Assembly: GCF_018977255.1 (NCBI RefSeq)
Contig: NW_024704742.1
Span: 110,300,001-110,364,000 of the forward strand
Length of the DNA: 64,000 bases
Reading direction: 5' to 3'
From: Callorhinchus milii
Lineage: Eukaryota
Below the pieces are notes generated by a model. It was not told the origin of the DNA. It ran no database searches and worked only from the letters and a program-made list of their open reading frames with translations. A program made the translations under genes and the position numbers. Every line of letters starts with the position of its first letter. The first letter of the stretch is position 1. Shown in pieces: positions 52,087 to 64,000 of the stretch.

Positions 52087-52528
52087 CAGCCTTGTATTAC
52101 CAATTGCCTCTTGAGTGGAGTTCAAAGCTCCATACCTTTGAACTCATTATGAACTCATTGGCTGATACTCCAGTGTGCTGCAATGTCAGAGGTGCCATCC
52201 TTCAGATGCAATGTTAAACTGAGGCCCCACCTGCCTGTTCAGATGGACGTTAAAGATTTCATGGCACAATTCAAAAAGAGAAGGGAGTTTCTACTGGTGT
52301 CCTGGTCAATGACCCCCTAAATAAAATTGATCATTCACTTCATGGCTTTATAAATGGAATCTTGTTGTTGTTGAATCTTGTTGGCTGTTGATGGCAAATT
52401 GCTGTGTCATGAAAATTGGCTGCTGCATTCAACCACAAAATAGTCACTACACTTTACAATACAGCCTGTGAAGTGCTTTAAGATTTTCCTCTGACATGAA
52501 AGATGTTGTACCCAATGCAAGGATTATT
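52087..52528 (+). mobile_element. S2 Deu-domain SINE
   Basis: cagaggtgccatccttcagatgcaatgttaaactgaggcccc...gttaaagatttcatggcac...ggtgtcctggtcaa, followed by the tail. Confidence 0.88.
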
Positions 52529-53106
52529 TCTTCTTGCAGTGCCACTAAAGATGCTCTTTGCCACAAACTCATTTTGAAATAAATGTTGCTTTCGGTAATG
52601 GAGGATGCATAAAGGTTTTGATTCTGACGGTCATTTAAAGGTGATGGTGAACTCTTGTCTTGGTCATGCTACACCACAGGTACGTAGTGCAGGAGATTTC
52701 CTGCATCCATCTGGATTGCATATGTAACATAAGAACTGTGCACTAAGAATAAGCACTGAAATATTACAAAGTCTCACATCAGCTGGATTCATTTCGCTGG
52801 ATGTTATTCCTTTGGAAATTTTGTTTCTACATATTCTTTACATTTCCCCAATTAACCATTAAAATTTGATCCCTAAACAATAACCAGAGTTAAAAGTCTG
52901 GAAAAGCTCTTGTTGCACTTTTTTGTATTCCTTTCTGAGTAGCTAACTTGTAATTAATATTAATAATGACGTACAGAACATGTGAATAGTGCGTGCTGAA
53001 AAAACTAGATAGAATAGTTTNAAAAAAAGGAAACATCAGATCAAAAATATGAAAGGAGAAATGGAGAAAAATATAAACTTGACAGGAATTCATAATATTA
53101 ATTCAG

Positions 53107-53359
53107 GTGTGGTTCTGGCTCAGCTTTTACCACGATAGCCTCTGAATCTGAAGGTTGTGGGTTCAAGCCACAACCAGAACTATGAACTCACAGTTTAGGT
53201 TGACAGTCCAGTGCAGTGCTGATGTTCCCTGCATTATTGTCGAGGCTGTCCTTCAGATGAGATGTTAAAACTGAGGTACTGCCTGCTTGTTCAGATGGAC
53301 ATTAAAGATTCAATGGACGACTTGAAAAGAGAAGAATCACCCTGACCAAAAATTCCCCA
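53107..53359 (+). mobile_element. S2 SINE 5' half
   Basis: ggctcag...gaaggttgtgggttcaagcc head, then cttcagatgagatgttaaaactgagg Deu domain. Confidence 0.82.
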
Positions 53360-54219
53360 GTGTGGCTGCAGCCAACATCATAGATGACCTTGGCGAAGTG
53401 TTAGCGGAAAGACAAACATACCAGGTCCTGCAGCAATTCAGAAGGAATGAATGGAGCATTAGCCTGGAGAAATAGCAAGGGGAAGGCAAGAACATTGATC
53501 AGGATTTCTGGGGAAATCTGGGGTGAACAGAAGACTAGATTGGAAAGCTATGATTAGAAGCAAAAATAGGAATTTCATGTACCCCATGGATTGGATAGTA
53601 CTAACCAAGTGAAAAACTGAGAGATGAATAGGAGTTAGTTGTCATGACATCTTGCAGTTGGATATTTATTTAGGGGAGTGTAGATAAAGTTTGTATGTCA
53701 TCTCAATACCTCCAATACTGAGTGCTTCAATCATATGATTTCTTCACATGGTGATCTTGGCAGAACCAATTAGACACAAGTGACACGTACATACCAAATT
53801 CTCCCCTTCACAGAGATTGGAAAATCATACATCTGGTCCATTCCTCCTCACTTACCTTCTAGATAGTGTCTGGATGTGACACATGATGTTTGATTGATGT
53901 GCTGTTCCTCTTTATGCAGAGATGTCTGGTCTCTGCTTTGAACCTTCCCTTGATGATACAACCCACATTAAGATTGCAGGACCTTTCCCTTTAGAAACAG
54001 ATCCATGCCATACTATTCCATGGTACAGAATTGAATCTCTGGGGTGCTGCATCACTCTATGCAATCCCACTTAGTGCCACAATTGGACATAGGTATATAA
54101 CCCACTGAGTTTCCGTGAATATTATTGCTAAATTTTACAAAAATAACTGATAATGGAATATTAACCCAAGTATCAGAATGTAGGACTCTCTCTGTGGGAG
54201 CCAATACTCATCCATTGGT

Positions 54220-55163
54220 ATTTCTTGCATTTGATAGACAGCTTTATGTCAAAATCACTTGAAGACCTTCACAGTTTTCAGTTAGATTTTTCTGTTAAAT
54301 GTAGTGACTCCATTTGTAGGTTAATGAAACAGTAAATTTGCTCACTGCAATATCCCACAAACAATCATGAAGTTAATGAATACTTTTGTTTCTTTGGGGA
54401 ATTTTTTGGCTAGGACACTGTCAGAAACCAACCTCCCTTTTCCAGTCTCATGGGATCTTTAACATCCAGGCAGATGTAACCTTGGTTTATTGACTCAGGT
54501 GCAGGACGGAACCTCCAATAATGCAAGGCTCCCCCAACTCTACATTGGAGTGTTACACAACAATATCATTATAGAGCGCCTTTCACGTTGGGAGGACGTC
54601 TCAAGGTGCTGGAGAGTCAGGAGTCAGTACCCGAACATAGGGGAGGGGTGGGGTAGGGGTGAGGGAAAACCGAGAGGAGGGAAGACGACTGAAGATCGAA
54701 GAGGAGGGTCTTGAAACTGGCCTTAAAGGAGGCAAGAGAGGAAGCGAGGGGAAGGGTCTGTGGGATGGAGTTCCAGAGTGTGGGGGCAGAGAGGCTGAAA
54801 GCCCGGCCACCGATGGTAGAGCAGGACGGGCGGAAGACACGGAGCAGGCTGGAGCCCACTGAACGGAGGGAGCGGGCAGGTTGGTAGGGAGTCAGCAGGT
54901 CAGTGAGGTAGGAGGCGGCACGGATGAGGATCATGAATTCGATCCTCTGAGGGATGGGGAGCCAGTGGAGTCGGACAAGGGTGGGAATGATGGGGTCATG
55001 GAGCCTGGTGCGCGAAAGTACACGAGCTGCAGAGTTGTGGATGATCTGCAACTTGTGAAGAGAAGAGTTGGGAAGGCCGATGAGGAGAGAGTTTCCATAA
55101 TCGAGCCTTGATGTGACGAATGCTTTTCACTTGGTTAGCCTAGATTATGAGCTCAAAGTCACA
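54220..55163 (-). mobile_element. S2 SINE split by an L2 (54220-54555 and 55134-55163)
   Basis: cattggagtgtta | gcctagattatgagctcaaagtc rejoins into the S2 sequence seen at 46443-46478. Confidence 0.8.
54556..55123 (-). mobile_element. L2 3' fragment, same subfamily as 3728-4790
   Basis: QIIHNSAARVLSRTRLHDPI...LHWLPIPQRIEF...LWNSIPQ. Confidence 0.95.
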
Positions 55164-55184
55164 CGATCACAAGGTTGGTTTGGA

Positions 55185-55517
55185 TGAAAGAGACTTTTCA
55201 GCCCATCTGATCTCATCCCTCCAGAATACCCACCCTCCTATCCTCCCAGCAAGGAATCAAGTGTCCTGGCCTCTACCACCCTTCCTGGCAACCTGTTCCA
55301 GTCATTAATTACACTCTGACTAAAGAAACACTTCCCGGTGCGTAGCCTGATATTGTCCTTTGGAACTCTAAACCTATGTCATCTTGTTCTACTGTGTTGG
55401 TGCATCCTAAAGTATTGTTCTGAACTTTATCAATCCCATTTAGAATATTATTCATCTCTCTGAGTTCTTCTCTGAGTCACTTTCTCTCAAGGCATAAGAG
55501 TGCTAGCTTGTCTAATC
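55185..55517 (-). mobile_element. Old CR1 3' fragment
   Basis: gcctctaccacccttcctggcaacctgttccag...actctgactaaagaaacacttc is the reverse complement of the CR1 FF.RV...WN.LP region. Confidence 0.75.
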
Positions 55518-55637
55518 CCAAATTAATATTCATCCAAGTAAAAGGTGGAGCTTTGAAACAAGCAGGAAGATATTAATTAGTTATTGGTCTTTTTATTTTC
55601 TTGACCACTGGTATTGATATGATTTCATGACATTTGT

Positions 55638-55926
55638 GGACTGAAACTTCTCCCAGTTTTAACCTGGAACACCATTTTGTTTTAAATTTAAGATTTAAAA
55701 TTCATAAATCAAATTTTAATTTGAAAGCTGTTTTTCTGCATTCCTTAAAAATAACTAGCTTCCAAATTAAGCCTGAATTTTAAGAATATTTTGCAGCAAC
55801 GATTTGCATTTTATATAGCGCCCTTCACACGGAGTAGTATCTTGGAGCATTAATTCTGCAATTCTGCGCGGTCATAATTTTGAAGAAAAAGTGGTGTTAG
55901 AGGTTAAGACTAGGTGAAAGTTTGGC
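55638..55926. repeat. Family P, complete copy carrying a short L2 tail insertion (about 55793-55852)
   Basis: Ends gactgaaacttctcccagttttaacct / aggttaagactaggtgaaagtttggc; centre ttaatttgaaagct / agcttccaaattaa. Confidence 0.7.
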
Positions 55927-56428
55927 TGTTCAGTTTATAATGGGTATTCTGCTGACAATTTCTTCCTTATTACTTTCTGCTATTTTATCCCAAATGGTTA
56001 TAACTCTTAAAATATTTTTACTGATTACTTGTGAAGTTCCAGTCTGGCCTCATAATGTTCAATGTGTTATTCTTTAAAGGAATGCTAAAGGGAGGCTCAA
56101 AATAATTATATTTGTGAAGATTTCCCAGCATCTTGCAGTTACTAAGATTAAAATCTAAATTTAAACTTACTTGTATCAGACATAATACTTTCTAATCCTT
56201 TAATAAGTGTGGGCTATTAACCCATTCCTGCATCTGCATTTTTGGATGACTACATTCTATGAAGTGAGAACATTGAGTGCAACTGATGCTTACTGAAGCC
56301 CTGGGTAAAATCAAATGGTTTGATTTGCAGCTTTATACACAGATTTCTTAATAAGAAATGTACAATTATGATATTTCTAATTATCAGTTCTGCGGATCAA
56401 TACACTCAATAATGTTTTTAGAAATGTT

Positions 56429-56536
56429 GGTAAATGGAATTAAGTTAGAAGATCAGCCATGATCTGATTACATGGCGGGGCAGGCTCGAGGGGCCGAATG
56501 GCCTACTTCTGCTCCTATTTCTTATGTTCTTATGTT
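56429..56536 (+). mobile_element. CR1 3'UTR fragment
   Basis: gatcagccatgatct...gcaggctcgaggggccgaatggcctacttctgctcctat(TTCTTATG)2. Confidence 0.9.
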
Positions 56537-59500
56537 TTTAAATGCAGTAAATTATTTGTTCAGCAGATTTGATGTTCTAGAAATTCAATGATTACACATT
56601 TCTGATTGAGAAATCTGTTAAGAACTATTGCGCAAACTCTAAGTATTATTAGAGTAGTTGTGTAACTGTCTCCCAACAACCAGCCCAGGTTACCGTCTGT
56701 CTCTGCCTCATGCTCAGAGTAATAATAGCGTTTTATTTTCAGTCAGCACTCTGAAGTAGGGGGATGCTGGATTCAGTGCACAGAAGTAGAACATCATCCC
56801 ACATCACCACAGTGCTCTGAAAACGAGCATGGGAAGAGGCTAATAGCTGCAATTGTTCCAATTCAGAGGACAGCCGTTGGAGATTTAGGATGTAATGCAT
56901 CTAAGACAGACACGTTTAAAATTACTTTTAACTTAAACAACTGCCAGGCAGCAAGGCAGCATGATTGTTGTAAGCTTTCCTCTGTGTATTCTTTCAAATA
57001 AGGAATTGCCTTGAAAGGTTTTCTCAGTGTAGGAAATGCAAAGTAAAACTTCAGTATTGATTCTAGTGGTTCGTGTCTAGCAGTCGAAATGAAAACTTCA
57101 ATGTATAACAGAACTATGGTAATAATGGGAGCACCATGATCTTTTATGTGATGGTGAGCTGACTCAAGGCAACACTAGAAGGACAAAGCTAAGAGAATGG
57201 AACCCACTATTATGTTGGTCCAGTTACATCCTCTGAGGCCACATTTGACTGTCAGTTCCTGACAAACCGAAATGTTACACACAGCTTAGAGGCATATGTA
57301 GACTTTGTTATTTTTCTCTCTTATGAGTTGATAGGAGGTCTCCAGGGCATGAGTGTTCTACAACTTCTCTTGAGATAGGGTGTTCTTCAGCTGCAAAGGG
57401 CATTTTCTGGTGGCCAAGCCTGGAACTAGCAAACAGTGCTTGTGAGAGCAGCTGGCTTGCAGTGACGATCGAGCCTGGAATTTGAACTTAGTCCTTTTAG
57501 ACTGGAATTATATAATGTATCACTAGAGTTATTGGACCATCTTTTGCTGAAAGGATTCTTCAGTTGCAGAAAGAAAATGCTGTGGAATACTGGCGTCTTT
57601 TGTTGTCAGCCAAAGTAAAATGCACAGACTCTGTAAATGGTTTCTATTAGAAAAAGAGTCTGCATATGCAAGCCACATTAAACATGTATAAAATAATGGT
57701 TAATTTGTTATTGATTACATCTTATTTAAAAACGTACATAAAATATAAGCTTATGGTTTCCTTAATTATGGTACTGAAAAGGTTATGTTGTTCTGATTTA
57801 CAGACTCCAATTACTTTTCTAGGGGTCGTTTCTACCCTGTCACCTCCATCATTGAGACACCTCATGCCTTCCTGGAGCTTGCTATAAACTTTGCTTGCAT
57901 TCCTTGCCATTTAATATGCATGCGGGCATGGTGCCACATTGACTTTTAACCCTGATGGAGAAACACACAAGTTGACTGCGGACCTCTAGGGAACAGAAAG
58001 CTCTAATGGCAATTTGAGTGTAAAATCTGGTCTCTCAGAAAGGTCACCACATCTGCATAAGCCCCTTGAGCCAGGCTTAGAGCCCTGTCTGCCTTCAACC
58101 AAAGAGGCATTTTCCCTTGTCTTAAGGCTTCTTTAGTTTGTGGTACAAGAAGCACATGATGGAATCAGGGGAGCTGAGTGATGTTTGTGCATGTTTGACT
58201 GCACTCTGCATCCTAAAAGGAGACTCTTGAGAAACACGATCAATATCACAACCATGTCCTGCACAAAACAACTGTGTTATTTCATTCTGTCAAAATAATG
58301 AATCTAGGCTGTGTAACGGCAGGTGGAAGAAGTGTTACTGAGCCAGAACACCCCCACCCTTTCAATTTGGGTTAGCAGCTGTAGTCAGCCTCTTGCTTCT
58401 GTCGCTAATCATTTCTAATTTTATTTCAAAATGCCTTGTGTAGAATGTTATCAATACTGCAAAAGGAAATTGCCTAATTTTCCTCTCGTACAGCAATATT
58501 GCTGGTATGATCCAAAATTCCAGGGTTACTTTCATTCCTTAGGATTGGCAGAAAGTGGAGACACCCTGGGGTAGCTACAACTAACACAATGCGCTGCTGT
58601 AGAATCGTGGCAAAATCTCTAAATACCCAATTATATGGGACACAATTGCCAAACTTGAAGGGTAGCCATGGAACTAAATGAGACTCCTATAAGTATGCAG
58701 ATTATGCAGATTAGTCATAATGTTGAAGTACAAATATCTGCCGCTGTGGTTTACGTGCACTGGAGTGCATTCATTCCAATGAATGTAGAAACCGTTTAGA
58801 AGGAAAACATTAATTCCAATGACAAATACAAAGTGACAATTACACTTTCTCCCCGATGGCACAACACATCAGCACTCTGTAATGTGAATCAAGATAACAG
58901 GATTCAAACCCCAACTTTGACCATCTGAAGCACTTTGCTTTGTCCAGTTGGAGATCTGCCAATATCTGGCAAGCATGAACAGAGCATGGGATGGATGGGA
59001 AATCAGCCATGGGTCCTGTCAGCTGACCACCAATATCACTGACAGAGAGGTTGCCTAACCATCCATCCTCAGTGGGAGTGCAAGAGGGTACAAATTAGGA
59101 AAAGAAAGAATGTCCCCTTTGATTCCTGCCCTTCCCCCTCCTTGCCTGAGGGCAGTGACTCATACTTGAGAATGGTACGACAGGTGCTGGCAGCTCTTCA
59201 GTATCTTGCACAAGCAACCATTCTTTATATGCGAGTCTTGACAGTGGGGACTGGCAGTCCATATAATATAACAGTGGGCCACCATAGTTGAGCCTGATTC
59301 TATTCTCACTCAACGTTTTATATGTGCACTCTTTCTGAATTTTTTTTGGGGGGTTGGGACTACTAATCGGTGACCACGGGATTCAGAAAGTACTTATCAA
59401 AAAAAAGTATTTATGCTACTGGAACTTCATTGCCAGTAAAAAACAAATCATCTCACAAAGTAAGCTTTGCCTCCAGTAGGGAAGCCTATTCAGATAGAAA

Positions 59501-59539
59501 CATTGGAGCCGAGGATTAGGAAAAACAATCATTCAACAA

Positions 59540-59920
59540 TTATTCACTTCATGGCTGCTTGTGAGACATTACTGTGCACATACCAGCTGCTGTGTTCACC
59601 TACATAATACAGTCACTGCACTGTATTGTAAATCCTGTGAAATAATAATCCCTCCAAAGAAAACAATAATAAATTGGCCATTTTCAATCCACGACTGTCT
59701 GTGGGACACTGCTGTGCGCAATTGGCTGCCGCGTTCGCCCACAAATATACAGTCAATTCACTTTACAGTATATTCTGTGAAGCGCTTTGGGACGTCTAGA
59801 AGACGTGAAAAGCGCTATATCAAATGCAAGGATTATTATTATTATTATTATTATTAAGTGCTTTGAGAGGTTCTCCTGATGTGGAAGGTGCTATATCTAA
59901 TGCAATGGTTATTATTATAA
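59540..59920 (+). mobile_element. S2 3' part (59540-59640 and 59856-59920) split by S1
   Basis: aaatcctgtga | agtgctttgag rejoins across the insertion. Confidence 0.8.
59641..59855 (+). mobile_element. S1 SINE truncated exactly at AATAATAATCC
   Basis: Starts AATAATAATCC and ends GGATTATTATT(ATT)n. Confidence 0.95.
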
Positions 59921-60048
59921 TAATTATAATAATTACATTCTAACATTGCAAACCTCTTCAGCTGTCTGTTATGCCCATTTGGGGCTGCCACCCAGATTTT
60001 CCTGTTTATATTCTGGCACACCACAATGTAAAAAGAATATTAACAGGG

Positions 60049-60373
60049 GAGTACTGAGCTCAGTGGTTAGAGCACTCGCCTCACAAGCGAGAGACCTGGG
60101 TTCAATTCCTGGCAGGGCGAAACCTTGGGCAAATTTCCTTACTCCACACCCCTGATAATAATCCCTCAAGAAAAAAAAACAATAATAATTTGGTCACTTC
60201 AATCCACGACTGTTTGTGGGACACTGTTGTGCGCAATTGGCTGCTGCGTTTCACTCATAAAAATGCAGTTAATTCACTTTACAGTATATTCTGTGAAGCA
60301 CTTTGAGACGTCTAGAAGACGTGTAAAGCGCTATATCAAATGCAAGGAATACTATTATTATTATTATTATTAT
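60049..60373 (+). mobile_element. S1 SINE, full length, subfamily B
   Basis: Head with CTCACAA loop, B box GGTTCAATTCC, TAGAA hairpin loop. Confidence 0.95.
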
Positions 60374-61341
60374 GTCTTATCATGGGCTGATTCCCAGAGC
60401 AGAAAAGATATTAAATGTTCTGGTAGGGCATTGGTACCATTTGTCCAAATATCAGATTATGGGTTCGCAAAATAAAGAGAGTGAAAGGTTTGAAAATGAG
60501 TGGGCAGGTAGAACAGGAAAATCAGTGACGAGAGATATTACAAAACAGCTGTAAGAGAGATTACAAAACTCTATTTTGATTCTCATATTAAAATAGAGTC
60601 TTACATTCCACTTTAAAGAGTTCAAATGACAAAAGTTGGACCTTAGGGTCATTGTTGTATTGTGTCAGTAAATTGCATAGGCCATACTCAAATTGCCTTC
60701 AAGAACATTACACAAATCATAAATCTTTGTACAACATACAAACAGTCTTGACATTAAAAGCTCCATAAGTAAAGGTCACACAAAAAACGCTGCAACTTCC
60801 TCTGCCTTAAAACCACTAATCACCAATTGGGTGGTAGAGAGCTGTAACAAACTGGGCTATGGAATAGTAAGATGTGAGTTTGTGCTCTGCGATACCACAC
60901 ACAATGTGTACTTCACTTTACCCAGGGATTTCAGGAGCAAGAGCTGAGCAGATGCCAGGCACTTCCCTGCAGGGTGGTAAAAATCAGATCCCAGCTAAGT
61001 CTCAGACCTTTCCCAACGTCTGCTTATAGTCTGTGCCCACCATCTGGATCAGGATATGTGCACAGCTCAAAGACTAGAAGAGAAAGGGTAATTTGGGAGA
61101 GGGGGAAAAAAGGGAAAGCATTTATAAAATTACTTAAGAAATAAACTTTTCCAAGAAATTGGCTTATTCATTCGGCTCATTTGTGACAGTTTTGATACAC
61201 AAAGAAGCTCCAAAACATATATTTACAATTGGTTTGGCTCCAATATTTTCTACAATTTACAGCTTCAAGTTATGTTTCTATGCTGTATTAATCAAAAATT
61301 ATATAAAGCTCACTATTGATGGAAGCATGTCTGGTAAAAGC

Positions 61342-61740
61342 AATAATAATCTTTACGTTTGATATAGGGCCTTTCACATAGGGAGGACGTCTCAAAGTAT
61401 TTAGCAGGATATAGTGTAAAGTGTAATGGGACTGTGTATTTTATAGGTGAATGCAGCAGCAAATTTGTGCACAGCAATATCCCACAAACAGCCATGAGGT
61501 GAATGACCAATTTTATTTTGGGGAATAACAGGATAAAATCCTTTCACTTTTCAAATAGTGCCATTGGATCTTTAACGTTCACGTAAACAGGCAGGAGGAC
61601 CTTGGTTTAACGTATTATCTAAAGGACGGTAACTCCAGCAATTCAGTACACCACCAGTTCAAAATCTCGGTATGAGATATGAACCCGAAAATGTCTGACT
61701 CAAAAGTGAGAATGTTAATAAAACTGAGCTAGGCTGACAC
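61342..61740 (-). mobile_element. S2 Deu-domain SINE, full length
   Basis: Tail, Deu domain (aatagtgccattggatctttaacg) and head ending aggctgacac. Confidence 0.85.
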
Positions 61741-61810
61741 ACAGATAAATCACTCACAATGCCATTAAAATTAACAATGAACAATATAAAATGCGGTTTT
61801 ATCCACGTCA

Positions 61811-62150
61811 GTGTCATTCCATAACAGTTGACAATATTCTCTCCTCTGGGTCAGAAGCTTGTGAGTGAGCGCTTCTCACCAGTACTTGAACCAATAATCT
61901 AGTCTGACACTTTGGTGCAGTGTTGAGGGAACGCTGTATTGTTGTAGGTGCTGTCCTTCAGATCAGACGATAAACCCATCTGTTAGCTATGGTAGTTCAT
62001 GTGGACCACAAAGATCCCAATGGCGCTATGATATTTTGAAAGAAGAGTTCAGAGTTTTTCCAATTTCCTGAAATTTTGACCCTCATTCAAATGTACTGCA
62101 TTGCTGTCTGTTTGGCCCTCACAGATTAGCTACTGTGTTTGCCTATTTTA
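61811..62150 (+). mobile_element. Older S2-like SINE, head-to-head with the previous copy
   Basis: gggtcagaagcttgtgag...taatctagtctgacac...ggtgctgtccttcagat...aaagatcccaatggc. Confidence 0.7.
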
Positions 62151-62176
62151 AACCACATTTCAAAGTAAAGTAAATG

Positions 62177-62985
62177 CAATAACAACAACAAAATTACATT
62201 TATATAGCGGCTTTAAAGTTGGGAGGACGTCCCAAGGTGCTGGCAATCAGTGTTTCTCATCCGAGCTGGGGATCAAGATTGGGAAGGGTGGAGAGCAGTG
62301 GGGGAAGGAGAGTGATCAAAGGCATGGTCAAAGAGGAGGGTCTTAAGATGGGTCTTGAAGGAGGCAAGAGTCGTAGCAACTGTGGGATAGAGTTCCAGAG
62401 GATGGAGGCAGACTGGCGGAAGACCTGCCCCGGAGGCGGCTGAGTGGAGGGAGCAGGCAGGTTAGAGGGTCACAGAGATAGGGGGGAGCAAGCCCATGGA
62501 AGGCTTTGAAGGTAAGGACCAGGATCTCGAACTGTGTAATGGGAAGCCAGTGGAGTCGGGCGAGGATGGGGGAGACGGGGTTGCGGAGCCTGGTGCGGGA
62601 GAGGATACGGGCTGCAGAGTTCCGGATGATTTGCAACCTATGGAGGGAGGAGTTGGGGAGGCCGACAAGCAGGAAGTTTTCGTAGTCGAGCCTGGATGTT
62701 ATGAATGCTTGTATGAGGGTCTCGGCGGCCTGCAGTGTGAGACAGTGGCGGAGCCAGACAGAGTTGCGGAGGTGGGGGAAGGCAGAGCGGGACATGCCAT
62801 GGATGTGGGGTAGAAAGGATAGTTGAGGGTCAAACAAGATGCTAAGATTCCAGACTGGCTTTGTAAGATGGAGTGTGCATCCATGGATGGTGATGCTATC
62901 AGTGCCTGAGGTGTGGAAGTGTTGACGGGAGCTAATCACGAGGGCCTCGGTTTTGTTGACTTCAACTGTAGAAAGATAGCTCTCA
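62177..62985 (-). mobile_element. L2 3' fragment, same subfamily as 9850-10579
   Basis: 198-aa ORF ...AFITSRLDYENFLLVGLPNSSLHRLQIIRNSAARILS...LHWLPI; (AAC)n tail. Confidence 0.95.
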
Positions 62986-64000
62986 ACAATCGTGTTGTTA
63001 TTATTTTTTATTCACAATCCTATTGCAAAGACATGCACCGAACGATAGGTAACCCACATCAGAAAGGTGCTGCCAATTATATCAATACATATTGATCGAT
63101 GATCATTTCTCAGTCAAGACTAATTGAGCTCAAAATCTGCAATCATTGTCCCACTTTATATAAAATAAAGTATTTGAAGTGGCTATGCCATTTGAGCCTG
63201 ATTCTATGGTTTTGAAAGCTGAACTTCCTTTGGATTCATTAAAAAGTTTTTGAGTGATGGAGCAAGTGATTCAGGAGAAAAGCAAGAGTTCCCAAGCTGA
63301 TGGGTAGGAGCAGTGTGTTAATACACAACAACAGTCCCATTTCTTGTTAGAGCAATTCAACTGATTGTTTGGAAACATTTCCAAAGTGATTTGCAGATGA
63401 ATACATTGGAGGTGGAGGAAATCAGCTCATTTCTTGAGAAGTAACTAGCAAACGTGGCAAGGGATGTTTATTTTCTCGTATATTAAACAATAATTGTACA
63501 ATGGCAATTTAACAAATAAAACAACTTTGAGATTTGAATATCATTGTGGTCAAGAGTGACACTGGTGGCCAGTCAAGGAATTGTGACAGGGTTCAGAGAG
63601 GTCAGAAACTGCTTCTGCGACAAGTTAACAGCTGACTGGATACATTACTGTACAATAGACAGTGCTGCAGACAATGTGCATAGAGCTACTGTGACAGAAG
63701 GCAACAAGCGTTCCTGGACCACAGCTGAGAAGTGAAACGAGCAAAGTATTACGAAAAAAAAGACGTATAAAGAAAATAGGTGACAAATGTACCTTTTTTC
63801 AAACCAAAGTAAATGATGTAATAAATGGAATTGAAAACACATTGTCAAGAATTAAATCAAATTAAAAAAAAATTCTCCTAACTTGGTGACCTCTATTGCA
63901 CTCCAGTTTGCATTTTAACATTTTTCTCTCATCACATCTTGCTCCAGAAACTGCGAGTCTTGTTGCAGAACAATTGCCCTTGGGCATCCCGGGCCTCAGA

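Noticed and set aside
60049..60120. Genuine tRNA genes at S1 heads
   Set aside because: Each continues directly into the SINE body with no poly-T terminator, and the anticodons vary between copies.
1..64000. A novel multi-gene or prokaryotic-type system (operon, CRISPR, retron)
   Set aside because: No gene-dense region, no long intact ORF and no repeat-spacer array. The RT-like ORFs are ordinary broken L2 fragments.

Overview
Eukaryotic, AT-rich, CpG-depleted intronic or intergenic DNA. The repeat content (L2 and CR1 LINE 3' fragments, a Deu-domain SacSINE1-like SINE, a young tRNA-derived SINE with an (ATT)n tail) points to a cartilaginous fish, plausibly a chimaera such as Callorhinchus; the taxon is inference. 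I find no recognisable host protein-coding gene, no rRNA, no CRISPR array and no prokaryotic-type system. The ORFs I can assign to a protein family are broken L2 reverse-transcriptase remnants; the rest look like SINE/LINE read-through or chance ORFs. A few exon-like segments are reported at low confidence. The most interesting structure is in the mobile elements. (1) A ~310-bp SINE (S1) looks chimeric: tRNA-Ala-like head, short CORE-like motif, a 3' body shared with the Deu-SINE (S2), and an L2-type 3' hairpin. (2) S1 carries an internal motif complementary to its own tail, and three copies break at that motif. (3) An unclassified family of AT-rich palindromic elements has about six copies. 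(4) Several nested insertions give a relative chronology. All boundaries were read by eye and are approximate (about +/-10-20 bp for old copies).
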